Origin: a virus
Virus record (IMG/VR): IMGVR_UViG_3300032046_000013
Coordinates: 1-64,000 of that record
DNA: 64,000 nt
Strand: one strand, 5' to 3'
The position numbers and the translations under genes are program-made. The notes under the pieces were generated by a model. That model ran no database searches. It was not told where the DNA came from and worked only from the letters and a program-made list of their open reading frames with translations. Shown in pieces: positions 40,685-48,726 of the stretch (positions within the stretch are counted from its first letter, which is position 1; each line of letters starts with the position of its first letter).

Positions 40685-40856
40685 AGGGACTCATCGAAAT
40701 CTCCACGGGCCTAGCCCAACACGTGAGCATGACCGACGACGGCCTGGCCTTGGCCTCGCGGCTCCGCGCACACAAGGCTCGGGGTGGGAACTTCGCGGGC
40801 TTTGATCCGACATGGCCCGTGAATAGCGCAGAGGAACTTCCTGCATAGGGGAAAAC

Positions 40857-41120
40857 ATGGACTTGCGAGATTTCATATCAGAACTACGAGACATCGAGAC
40901 GATAAAGGTCAGGGTCTTTCGGGGTTTTGGCTATTATCATAATTCTGGAAGTTCCTGGACTTGGGATGCGGATTATACTTGGAACCGCCCGGATAATCTC
41001 CATGTTAGTCGCAAAGCCGCGATGCGCTCGGCTCGTCAGTGTTTAGCTCGGTGTTTGCCTGGAGTTCGCATTGAATGGATAGAGAATTCCGAATCTCAGA
41101 AAGGACAATCCGATGGCTGA
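40857..41120 (+). CDS. Hypothetical protein (87 aa)
   Basis: RBS and overlap with the next gene. Confidence 0.55.
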   Translation: MDLRDFISELRDIETIKVRVFRGFGYYHNSGSSWTWDADYTWNRPDNLHVSRKAAMRSARQCLARCLPGVRIEWIENSESQKGQSDG

Positions 41121-41454
41121 TCGGGAGATCATTCAGGGTTACGAGGAGCGGAATCGCACACGGAGAGCCACGCAGGAACTCCGCGCTCAGGCCCGGGCGG
41201 CGGAGAAAGAACGGAGAGAACGGACGGACCAGAAACTGGGCCTCCGGGAACTGGCGCGGAAGATCAATCCCGACATTTACATCCCCTATCGGAGAATCCT
41301 GGAACAGGACGGGTATCTGACGGAGGAAACCGTGCGGAAGGTCGTGGCCCGAAAGACCCAGATCGAGTCGCGGATGGCGACTCTCGCGGAGGAACTGATT
41401 CAGATTCAGCGGGTGCGGGTGAAGTTCCCGCAGAAATTTGAGGTCAAGCCATGA
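41113..41454 (+). CDS. Hypothetical coiled-coil protein (113 aa)
   Basis: AAGGA RBS; ATGA coupling to the next gene. Confidence 0.6.
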   Translation: MADREIIQGYEERNRTRRATQELRAQARAAEKERRERTDQKLGLRELARKINPDIYIPYRRILEQDGYLTEETVRKVVARKTQIESRMATLAEELIQIQRVRVKFPQKFEVKP

Positions 41455-41696
41455 AAATTTGCAGTGCGTATCTAGTTCACATCCACCGTTACGGATTCCG
41501 GGCTGGAACACCCGGAGAGATCGTCGGAGTCAAAATCGTGTCCCCAGATGTATGTAACCGCAATCCGCACCCGGCCTATGTCGTGCGGTTTCCCGATGGG
41601 ATCGAGGACTTCGTGGCCGTCGAGGACTCCGAGAACTTCCGTATCATATCTGGTGAGGACGTGGTGGCGGGTCGGATTCCCGAAGTGACGCGGTGA
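41451..41696 (+). CDS. Hypothetical SH3-like protein (81 aa)
   Basis: HRYGFRAGTPGEIVGV...AYVVRFPDG. Confidence 0.6.
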   Translation: MKICSAYLVHIHRYGFRAGTPGEIVGVKIVSPDVCNRNPHPAYVVRFPDGIEDFVAVEDSENFRIISGEDVVAGRIPEVTR

Positions 41697-41704
41697 GGTG
41701 TAAA

Positions 41705-41899
41705 ATGTCGAAACCCCTGATGGACCTGGACTTGATCGACACCGAAACCCAGCCATCGGCCCATCGCTATTACCGGGAAGACCGAACTTTTATCCAAATC
41801 CGCTTCGAGGACGGAAACGATGCGTGTGCAGTGGTGATCCGGCTCGAAAAAGAGCAAGCCATGGCACTTGCCAGGGAATTGAAAGAAGTTGTGGACTAA
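41705..41899 (+). CDS. Hypothetical protein
   Basis: GAGGT RBS before ATG 41705. Confidence 0.5.
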   Translation: MSKPLMDLDLIDTETQPSAHRYYREDRTFIQIRFEDGNDACAVVIRLEKEQAMALARELKEVVD

Positions 41900-41988
41900 G
41901 AGAGCGTAACCAGGGGACTTGAAAAGCTAGTCGCTATCCGCAGGTTGCAGGTTCGAGTCCTGATGGGCGCACATCAAGGAAGTTCCGA

Positions 41989-42192
41989 ATGAAGAAACTT
42001 TATGCAGTCAAACATTTCCGTTCCGCGACGCTGAAGATCATCGAGCAGGCAAATCAGATCATCGCCGAGTATCATGCGCAGGGATTTGAGTTGAAACTAC
42101 GGCAACTGTATTATCAACATGTGGCTAGGGGCTTCATCCCCAACACTGACGCGGAATACGGCAAGTTGGGATCGGTCATCAACGATGCGCGG
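41989..42192 (+). pseudogene. N-terminal fragment of a TopoVI-A/DUF2399-like wHTH-Toprim protein
   Basis: LKLRQLYYQHVARGFIPNT..EYGKLGSVINDAR, then an abrupt switch to unrelated sequence. Confidence 0.6.
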
Positions 42193-42247
42193 TGCTTTGC
42201 AGTGAGCTCCGCTCCCTTTCCACAAAGAACTGGAAGGAGATTCACGC

Positions 42248-42925
42248 ATGACTGCTGGCAGAACGGTTAATTCACTGAGTCAGGATTGGGGAACACCCAA
42301 GAAATATGTTGATGCGGTGCGTCGGGTTTTCGGAGGTGAAATTTATCTTGATCCATGCGCCAACCACTACGCCATCGTTAATGCCAAAAATGAATATCGT
42401 CTTCCGGAACACAATGGGCTAAGGGAGTCTTGGAAATTTCCAACGATTTATGTCAATCCTCCTTATGGAGCGGACCGGCAAAGAGGCACTACGATCAAGC
42501 ACTGGCTGCACAGATGCGCCGAGGCGCATAAAAAGTATGGATCAGAGGTTTTGGCACTGGTACCGGTTGCCACCAATACTGGTCATTGGAAAAATTACAT
42601 ATGGGGCAGAGCGACTGGCGTTTGTTTTTTGTATGACACGCGACTCCGATTTCTTGTGAATGGAAAAGACGAAGGAAAAGGCGCCCCAATGGCCTGTGCC
42701 ATGGTCTATTGGGGTAAGAATTATGAAAAATTCATGGAGGTTTTTCTGGAGTTTGGATCTGTGATTGATCTACGAACACTTCAAGGAAAGAAAATTGGAC
42801 AGAAGGATCGCTCTGCGGCTAGCCTTGAACATGGATCAGGTAAAAAAATTCAGCCCGCCACCGAACCCAGCGAAACTCACGGATTCCCGATACCAGGGTT
42901 ACATGGAAAAATATGGAGTAGATAG
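42248..42925 (+). CDS. Phage Dam-type DNA N6-adenine methyltransferase
   Basis: DWGTP, YLDPCA, VNPPYG (motif IV), LVPVATNTGHW, RLRF. Confidence 0.88.
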   Translation: MTAGRTVNSLSQDWGTPKKYVDAVRRVFGGEIYLDPCANHYAIVNAKNEYRLPEHNGLRESWKFPTIYVNPPYGADRQRGTTIKHWLHRCAEAHKKYGSEVLALVPVATNTGHWKNYIWGRATGVCFLYDTRLRFLVNGKDEGKGAPMACAMVYWGKNYEKFMEVFLEFGSVIDLRTLQGKKIGQKDRSAASLEHGSGKKIQPATEPSETHGFPIPGLHGKIWSR

Positions 42926-43091
42926 TTGGGAACTCGATGCGCTGGAACCCCGGATTTTGGCCGACTTGATAAATGACGAGATTGAAGACCTGCATAATGA
43001 GCAAGTGTGGGAGGCTGCGATCTCGAAAGAAACGGGCTATCGGAAGGAACTGCACAATGCGGCCCGGATACTGGCCAAGAGGAGTAAGTAA
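42816..43091 (+). pseudogene. C-terminal fragment of the same TopoVI-A/DUF2399-like protein
   Basis: RLALNMDQV...PPPNPAK.TDSRY..Y...YG..SWELDALEP. Confidence 0.6.
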
Positions 43092-43092
43092 T

Positions 43093-43983
43093 ATGTCCTC
43101 GGTGATCCAAAAGTTATGCGCTGACCAACTGGTGACTCCCCCGGCTTTCGTAGCGACCGCGACTCAGTATGAGGTCGTGACGGGTTCCGTCGCTTATGGT
43201 ATGGCGGACGAATCCTCGGATTGGGACATCTATGGATTTTGTATCCCATTCAAGGAAATGATCTTTCCCCACTTGCGGGGCGAAATACTGGGCTTCGGTC
43301 ATCAGATTCAGCGGTTCGAGCAATGGCAAAAGCATCGTGTGGAGACCCCGAAGCACCAGTATGATCTCCAAATCTATTCCATCATCAAATACTTCCAGTT
43401 GTGCATGGAGAACAATCCAAACATGATCGACACTCTGTTTGTGCCACAGCGGTGCATCCTCCACTCGACCAAGATCGGGAACATGGTGCGGGAGGCTCGG
43501 CGGTCATTCCTTCATCGCGGGTGCTGGCACAAATTCCGGGGCTACGCTTTTTCCCAGTTGCACAAGGCTCAGCAACAGGAGAGGGAAGGCAAGCGCAAGG
43601 ACGACATTGAGCAATTCGGGTGGGATCGGAAATTTCTAAGCCATGTAGTTCGACTAATCAATGAGGTTGAACAGATTCTGGCCGAGGGCGATCTGGACTT
43701 GGAGCGGAACCGCCAGATGGTTGCCGCCGTCCGATCCGGGGAATGGTCCCTGACCCAAGTTCAAGAATGGTTTAATGTTAAGGAAAAAACAACGGAAGAA
43801 CTATACGCTCAATCGAAGTTGCCCTGGGGACCGCCCGAAGATCAGATCAGGCAGTTATTGTTCGCCTGCCTAGAAGAACATTTCGGCTCCCTGGATCAGG
43901 TAATTGTCCAACAAGATCGAGCAATCTCGGCCTTGCGAAAAATCGAAAACATCGCGCAGGAAACCCTGAGAATCCGAGAATAG
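43093..43983 (+). CDS. Pol-beta-superfamily nucleotidyltransferase (YcgL/RlaP-like)
   Basis: GSVAYGMADESSDWDIYG (GS..DxD), NNPNMIDTLF, F.GYA.SQL, K.LSHVVRL. Confidence 0.88.
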   Translation: MSSVIQKLCADQLVTPPAFVATATQYEVVTGSVAYGMADESSDWDIYGFCIPFKEMIFPHLRGEILGFGHQIQRFEQWQKHRVETPKHQYDLQIYSIIKYFQLCMENNPNMIDTLFVPQRCILHSTKIGNMVREARRSFLHRGCWHKFRGYAFSQLHKAQQQEREGKRKDDIEQFGWDRKFLSHVVRLINEVEQILAEGDLDLERNRQMVAAVRSGEWSLTQVQEWFNVKEKTTEELYAQSKLPWGPPEDQIRQLLFACLEEHFGSLDQVIVQQDRAISALRKIENIAQETLRIRE

Positions 43984-43987
43984 AAAG

Positions 43988-44041
43988 CGGGGCCGGGATT
44001 TGGAGATTTGGATTTGGTAGGATTAAATGTTCCCGGCCCCG
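43988..44041. terminator. Inverted repeat between convergent genes (possible bidirectional terminator)
   Basis: CGGGGCCGGGA...TCCCGGCCCCG 11-bp stem with a ~30-nt loop. Confidence 0.5.
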
Positions 44042-44044
44042 AAA

Positions 44045-45112
44045 TCATTTCCACTCAGGCAGTGTGTAATCCCGAATCTGCGTTTCCTCCGCATGGCCCA
44101 TAAGTTTTTGAAGTTCTCGAATACACCCGCCGATGACTTCCCGAAGCACATCCGCATCTTCGCTTTGAGTTTGGGCGAACAACTCCCCTACCGCGTCTTC
44201 CAGTAAGTCCAGATACCCTTCTTCATCCATCTGGGAGATTTGCCTGATTTGCAGTATCTCAGCCCGGGCTTGGACATCGCCCTGGGGATCGATCTCGGGC
44301 AGAGGTTCGGCTGGAACTTCTTTGATCAGCGCGGCTTCCATATCCCGGACTCCCTGGCTCATCATTACAGCCTGGTCCGTTCCCAGGACCTCGAAGCCTG
44401 GACACCGTTCATCCTCAAATAGCAGGTCATTTTCCTGGAACCTGTTCAGGAAGTCCCTAACATCCGCATCATCAGCCGAGAGACATCCGATCTTGCCTGA
44501 TGGCGCATAATCCGCGTTCTTGCAATTTGAACAGTAGGAAGGCAGTTCAGACCCCGTATAATACTGATCCAATTCGTCCACGATAAGCATGGCTTGGAGA
44601 CGTCCGCCAAGACGCTGATACACGTCCAGGGCTGAGCCAGACCCCCGGAAGGCCACCCTACGGCAGGCTTCGACCCACAGAGGTAGATTCTGGACGACCT
44701 CGGGCAGGCCGTAGAGCACCAGACCAGCGGCCACGGACTTCACGTGGTCAGGATATGCCATCCCGGTTTTGAGCGTATCATTGCGGATCGCCTCCATCAC
44801 GGCCTCCCATCCAGGAAAAGGTGGAAAACTCCGGTCATCAAGATACAAATTAGCGAACAGCTTGGGATCACCGAAGTTGACTAGCGAATTCTCGTTGATC
44901 TCATCGTAGGCATACCCACCCTCGTCCAGGAACTTCCGTGCCTGCTCCAATCGTTCTCCGCTCCGGCACGTCCAGATGATGATGTGCCATCCCGCGTCTC
45001 TCAGGGCTTGCAGACCCTCCTGGGCCAGAGGCAGAGGTTCCCCGATCTGCGGATACCGTTGTTCGACTATCGTGTTGTCGAAATCAACCGCAATTATCTT
45101 TGGCGTCGGCAT
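44045..45112 (-). CDS. HAD-superfamily hydrolase fused to acidic C-terminal domains
   Basis: IIAVDFDNT (DxD), WTCR, K...YLDDR; followed by CSNC..C..C and acidic helices. Confidence 0.8.
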   Translation of the reverse strand: MPTPKIIAVDFDNTIVEQRYPQIGEPLPLAQEGLQALRDAGWHIIIWTCRSGERLEQARKFLDEGGYAYDEINENSLVNFGDPKLFANLYLDDRSFPPFPGWEAVMEAIRNDTLKTGMAYPDHVKSVAAGLVLYGLPEVVQNLPLWVEACRRVAFRGSGSALDVYQRLGGRLQAMLIVDELDQYYTGSELPSYCSNCKNADYAPSGKIGCLSADDADVRDFLNRFQENDLLFEDERCPGFEVLGTDQAVMMSQGVRDMEAALIKEVPAEPLPEIDPQGDVQARAEILQIRQISQMDEEGYLDLLEDAVGELFAQTQSEDADVLREVIGGCIRELQKLMGHAEETQIRDYTLPEWK

Positions 45113-45251
45113 CCTTCTCCACTTCCGGTTTCGGGGTCATCGTGGACCTCAACTTCGGTTGCCGACTCGCTTCTTTGGGCTGATTCGGCGTCGGAGGCAC
45201 CACTTCTTTCACATCCTCGATCTTGCCACGTCCGGTTTTGAACATCGCCAT
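45084..45251 (-). CDS. Small hypothetical protein (55 aa; not in the ORF track)
   Basis: MAMFKTGRGKIEDV...; AGGAG RBS; TGATG overlap. Confidence 0.45.
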   Translation of the reverse strand: MAMFKTGRGKIEDVKEVVPPTPNQPKEASRQPKLRSTMTPKPEVEKDADAKDNCG

Positions 45252-45550
45252 CACCCTACTCCTTTCTCCGCTGGCGGTTGCACAATGTGAACCGCCGTTC
45301 GCCTGATCTCGCCCTGGATTTCGACCGGAATCTTTACCAGCTTGACAAATACCGTGGCCACGGATTTATTCACATCGGCGATCCACACGATTTTCTGGAC
45401 ATACCCAAGGGGTTTTCCATCAACCTCAATTTTCGTTCCCCGAGCCGTCCCATCGCTAATGATCTTCGCATGGCAATATGTTTCTGGCTCCTCTTTCCGC
45501 CCCGGAAGCGAGGAACTCTCGGGCACTTTCTCGACTTGTATTCTCGGCAT
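45251..45550 (-). CDS. Small hypothetical protein (99 aa)
   Basis: KIISDGTARGTKIEVDGKPLGYVQKIVW; start right after the portal stop. Confidence 0.6.
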   Translation of the reverse strand: MPRIQVEKVPESSSLPGRKEEPETYCHAKIISDGTARGTKIEVDGKPLGYVQKIVWIADVNKSVATVFVKLVKIPVEIQGEIRRTAVHIVQPPAEKGVG

Positions 45551-45551
45551 C

Positions 45552-48287
45552 TCACCCCTCCTCAGTGGCCTCAGCCACACCTTCCTCGGGAGCCGGAGCG
45601 ATCTCCGTCCCGCCGCCCGGGGGAGCCACAGCCCCACTGGGAGTCGCACCCCCAGGCACTGTCCCTGTCTCCTCGGCCTTGGCCGTTCTCGCAGCTTTAT
45701 ACACTGGGTCAAACGGGGTGCCTTCCTCTTCCTTAAAATGCTTTTTCACCGTATTGTAATCCAAGTCCAGGATTTCACAGATAGTCCTCATCGGCAAATC
45801 CGGGCTGGTTCCCTGACGAAGCTGGACCAGAAACTGAATTCTCTGGCTTTCATTCGTCAGGTCTAGCTTGAAATTCCACTCGATGTCGGGAACAATGACT
45901 TTCCGATCCTTCTTGGGTCGACGAATCCGATGCGATAACTCGGCTGGCGTCGTTTCGTAAAAGCCATGATGCCGGGCCAGGGGTTCAAAAATCTTTTTGA
46001 CCATCAACCGTCGCAGGTTTTCCCGCTTGGTCTGATATCTTCCCTGAATCACTTTCATCGCCACCACGGCCCCGGCCTGAATCGCTGGACCTTCGCCCGA
46101 GGTCATGGCTTTGTTAGTATAGAGGCCAGTGAGTATCCTCGACTCCACCCATTCAAATTCGGGTATGACGGGCAATAGGTGGCCCGTATATCCGATGAGG
46201 TCCAAATTGACCGCCGCATGGGTCACGATCTGGAACAACGGATCGTGTGCTCCAGCTTCGAGCATAGCCCGGAAAGTCAGCAATTCCTGGGAGGTCGGCA
46301 TGTATCCGCTCGCCGCATCCCCGAGTTTCCATAGCTGGATGGGCGTGATATGGTGGTCAGCTATGGCGTATTGCACTTCCCGAAGTTTGTCCTCGTAAAG
46401 AAGGTCTTTCAAACAATTAGCTACTTTTTTTCCACCCGCCACAAATGTATGATTCGGAGCATCTACGGTAATGCAATGGGTTTCTCCATGATACTCCCTG
46501 GATTGAACTTTCTTGACTCTGGTAAATAAATATCCGTCCCGGACATAATTTTCAAAACTGAATCGCTTGGTAGGACTTCTCCTGAATCGCACCGAATAAA
46601 TAACCCTTCCTTTGTTATTTCTTGTAATGGTTTCGACTTTGCATGGATAGTCATTTCTGTGCTTTTGCAAGGATGACCAAATACCGAGCCTCAATAACAG
46701 AAACTGCAATTGGTGGGCTAGAGTCAGATTGGCAGTTGAAATGCGCTCTGTTCCCTCGGGAACCTGATGTCCGTCCGCATCAAACCATCCTTGGATAAAC
46801 TGCTCCAATTGGGCACGAGGAAGGTTTATGATTTCCTGACTCAGGCGTTTGGTTTTACAGGTTAATCCGCCCAATAGTTCTTCATATCTGATCCTTAACT
46901 TGTGATTACAAAAAGATACCCTCCAATAGTTCGGCTGTTGCAAAACCCGGTAATGCACTCCCTGGCTATCGAGATAACTCTTAATCCGGGATTGAACATT
47001 CATGCCTACCCCAGAAGTGCAACCACAGAAGTTCATTTCCCATCGACCCATTCGGGAACCATCACCAAGAAAATATCCCAATATCCAGGGATCGACTTCA
47101 ATCGGTTTTTCCTCTACGACTGGAAGGGGCGTAAGCATATAATCCCATTTTTGTAGATCACCAGCTGGAATTTCCTCTATCTTGCCACCGAATCTTTTGC
47201 ATGTCGGGGGATCGCAAGTATAATGTTCTGGGGTCCGGGACGCACCACAATGACTGCCATTGCTATACATGTGTGGACAAGTTTTCATCCGCCCCCGAGT
47301 TGGCCTCATGGCAAAAAACTTATGGTCATTCGTAGCCTCGATTTTGCTCCCCAGTGAATCTTCAATAGTGATGATCTTTTCTGGATTACTGTTCTTATGA
47401 ACTGCTACCACATTGGTCAGTTTTCCGTCTCCATCCAACACAACATCACCGATCATTATGTCTTTGATCGGCTTTCGTGCTCCATCGGCTAACCAAACCA
47501 TGGTATCGGGTGTAAAGCATCGAAGCAAGATAGAGGTTCCCCGGGTATCGTAGGGTGACCCCCTGCGGATCAGGCTCAGCACGTTGAACTCCGACAAGGG
47601 AATCCGATCATTGTTATAGATCGCGTCCAGAACCACGGGGTCCATGTTCTGTAGTGCTTCCTGAACCCGCTCGGATTGGCTATGAACCACTTTCTTTAAT
47701 TCCTGTTCCGGTTCATAGGAATAAATCATTTCCCGCTTGCCAGCCCAGTTGATCATCTGAATGTCCAGCAGGTCGGGATTCAACATCCGGCCCTCATCCC
47801 ACATTCCGTCATCTTCATCGAAGGGGAAGAACTCCGAAGCCTCGCCGATCAATTCATATTCTCTCGATGTTTCAAAGCAGTAACCTACGAGATTCGCCCG
47901 CTCCTTCTGCTGTTCGTAGAAATCCAGAATCTCGTCATCCTCAATCTCGGTCAGCCGGAAGTCCGAGATCGGGAACTCCCCGTGCATGTCAATCGCGTTT
48001 CCGATCATCGGCTGGAAGCGGTCATAATATCGAATCCACTGATTCAGGGTCCGCCGGTCATACGGGAGATAAAAGTTGACGAGATTGAGCAGGGGTGACC
48101 GAATTTCCGGGCTGGAATAAGTTACATTCGTCGATCCGCTTTTGCCTATTGTTCCACCCGCATGAACTATCAATGGTCCAGGTAATGGCTCTCTTTCAGC
48201 CCGAACAGAACCCACTGATCCCTGTTTTGCCATCCGAAATTCCCGATCCAGATTATCAGTGATGATTGCCATCTGATTTTTTCTCAC
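45552..48287 (-). CDS. Portal protein with intein (911 aa precursor, ~543 aa extein)
   Basis: WIRYYDRFQPMIGNAID, EYELIGE, RGTSILLR/CLKDLLYEDKLR...TPIQLWKLG; acidic low-complexity tail. Confidence 0.82.
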   Translation of the reverse strand: MRKNQMAIITDNLDREFRMAKQGSVGSVRAEREPLPGPLIVHAGGTIGKSGSTNVTYSSPEIRSPLLNLVNFYLPYDRRTLNQWIRYYDRFQPMIGNAIDMHGEFPISDFRLTEIEDDEILDFYEQQKERANLVGYCFETSREYELIGEASEFFPFDEDDGMWDEGRMLNPDLLDIQMINWAGKREMIYSYEPEQELKKVVHSQSERVQEALQNMDPVVLDAIYNNDRIPLSEFNVLSLIRRGSPYDTRGTSILLRCFTPDTMVWLADGARKPIKDIMIGDVVLDGDGKLTNVVAVHKNSNPEKIITIEDSLGSKIEATNDHKFFAMRPTRGRMKTCPHMYSNGSHCGASRTPEHYTCDPPTCKRFGGKIEEIPAGDLQKWDYMLTPLPVVEEKPIEVDPWILGYFLGDGSRMGRWEMNFCGCTSGVGMNVQSRIKSYLDSQGVHYRVLQQPNYWRVSFCNHKLRIRYEELLGGLTCKTKRLSQEIINLPRAQLEQFIQGWFDADGHQVPEGTERISTANLTLAHQLQFLLLRLGIWSSLQKHRNDYPCKVETITRNNKGRVIYSVRFRRSPTKRFSFENYVRDGYLFTRVKKVQSREYHGETHCITVDAPNHTFVAGGKKVANCLKDLLYEDKLREVQYAIADHHITPIQLWKLGDAASGYMPTSQELLTFRAMLEAGAHDPLFQIVTHAAVNLDLIGYTGHLLPVIPEFEWVESRILTGLYTNKAMTSGEGPAIQAGAVVAMKVIQGRYQTKRENLRRLMVKKIFEPLARHHGFYETTPAELSHRIRRPKKDRKVIVPDIEWNFKLDLTNESQRIQFLVQLRQGTSPDLPMRTICEILDLDYNTVKKHFKEEEGTPFDPVYKAARTAKAEETGTVPGGATPSGAVAPPGGGTEIAPAPEEGVAEATEEG
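46416..47519 (-). mobile_element. Intein with LAGLIDADG homing endonuclease (368 aa)
   Basis: Starts CFTPDT; block B ATNDHKF; LGYFLGDGS and FIQGWFDADG; ends KKVAN followed by +1 Cys; lower GC than the flanks. Confidence 0.92.
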
Positions 48288-48625
48288 CCACTAAAAGACA
48301 GTCTTGCTGGTGATCTGCGCCGACCTGGACTTAGTTTTTCCCGCACGTTCATGTAAGCATACAAGGCAGGCATTGTCAATTCCTCGGCCTCGCCATTGGC
48401 TTTCAAGAAGGTCTGAGGCGGATGCGGATTGCCAGCCACCACGGGAATCTCAAATTGGATCGTCCGTTCCCTCCGGTGCGCTGGAGCCACTACCCGGGTC
48501 GTCATCAGTATCTGGCCCTGAATCATCGTGCCCTCGGGTCCCACGATCTGGGGCACGATCCGAGAGCATCGCATGTGCCGGAACGCCAGACCACCGCCCA
48601 GTTGTTTCAGGCTCTGGCGAATCAC
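48284..48625 (-). CDS. Hypothetical protein; frame stays open upstream to 48757 (possible frameshifted C-terminus of the 1538-aa ORF)
   Basis: No stop in this frame between 48757 and the GTG; no clear RBS. Confidence 0.55.
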   Translation of the reverse strand: MIRQSLKQLGGGLAFRHMRCSRIVPQIVGPEGTMIQGQILMTTRVVAPAHRRERTIQFEIPVVAGNPHPPQTFLKANGEAEELTMPALYAYMNVREKLSPGRRRSPARLSFSG

Positions 48626-48726
48626 GTCCGCGACTCTGGACAGGAGTTCCGATTTCTTGGCCAGAAGCCGGGGCCGGGCCTCACGGAGTCTCTCAACAGA
48701 TTGCCAAGCTAGGGATTCTCGATCCT

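Noticed and set aside
41360-41370. Self-target of the 60955 guide (AGATCGAGTCG)
   Set aside because: Only 11 nt match and there is no TAM-like flank; compatible with chance. No convincing in-window target was seen by eye for any guide.
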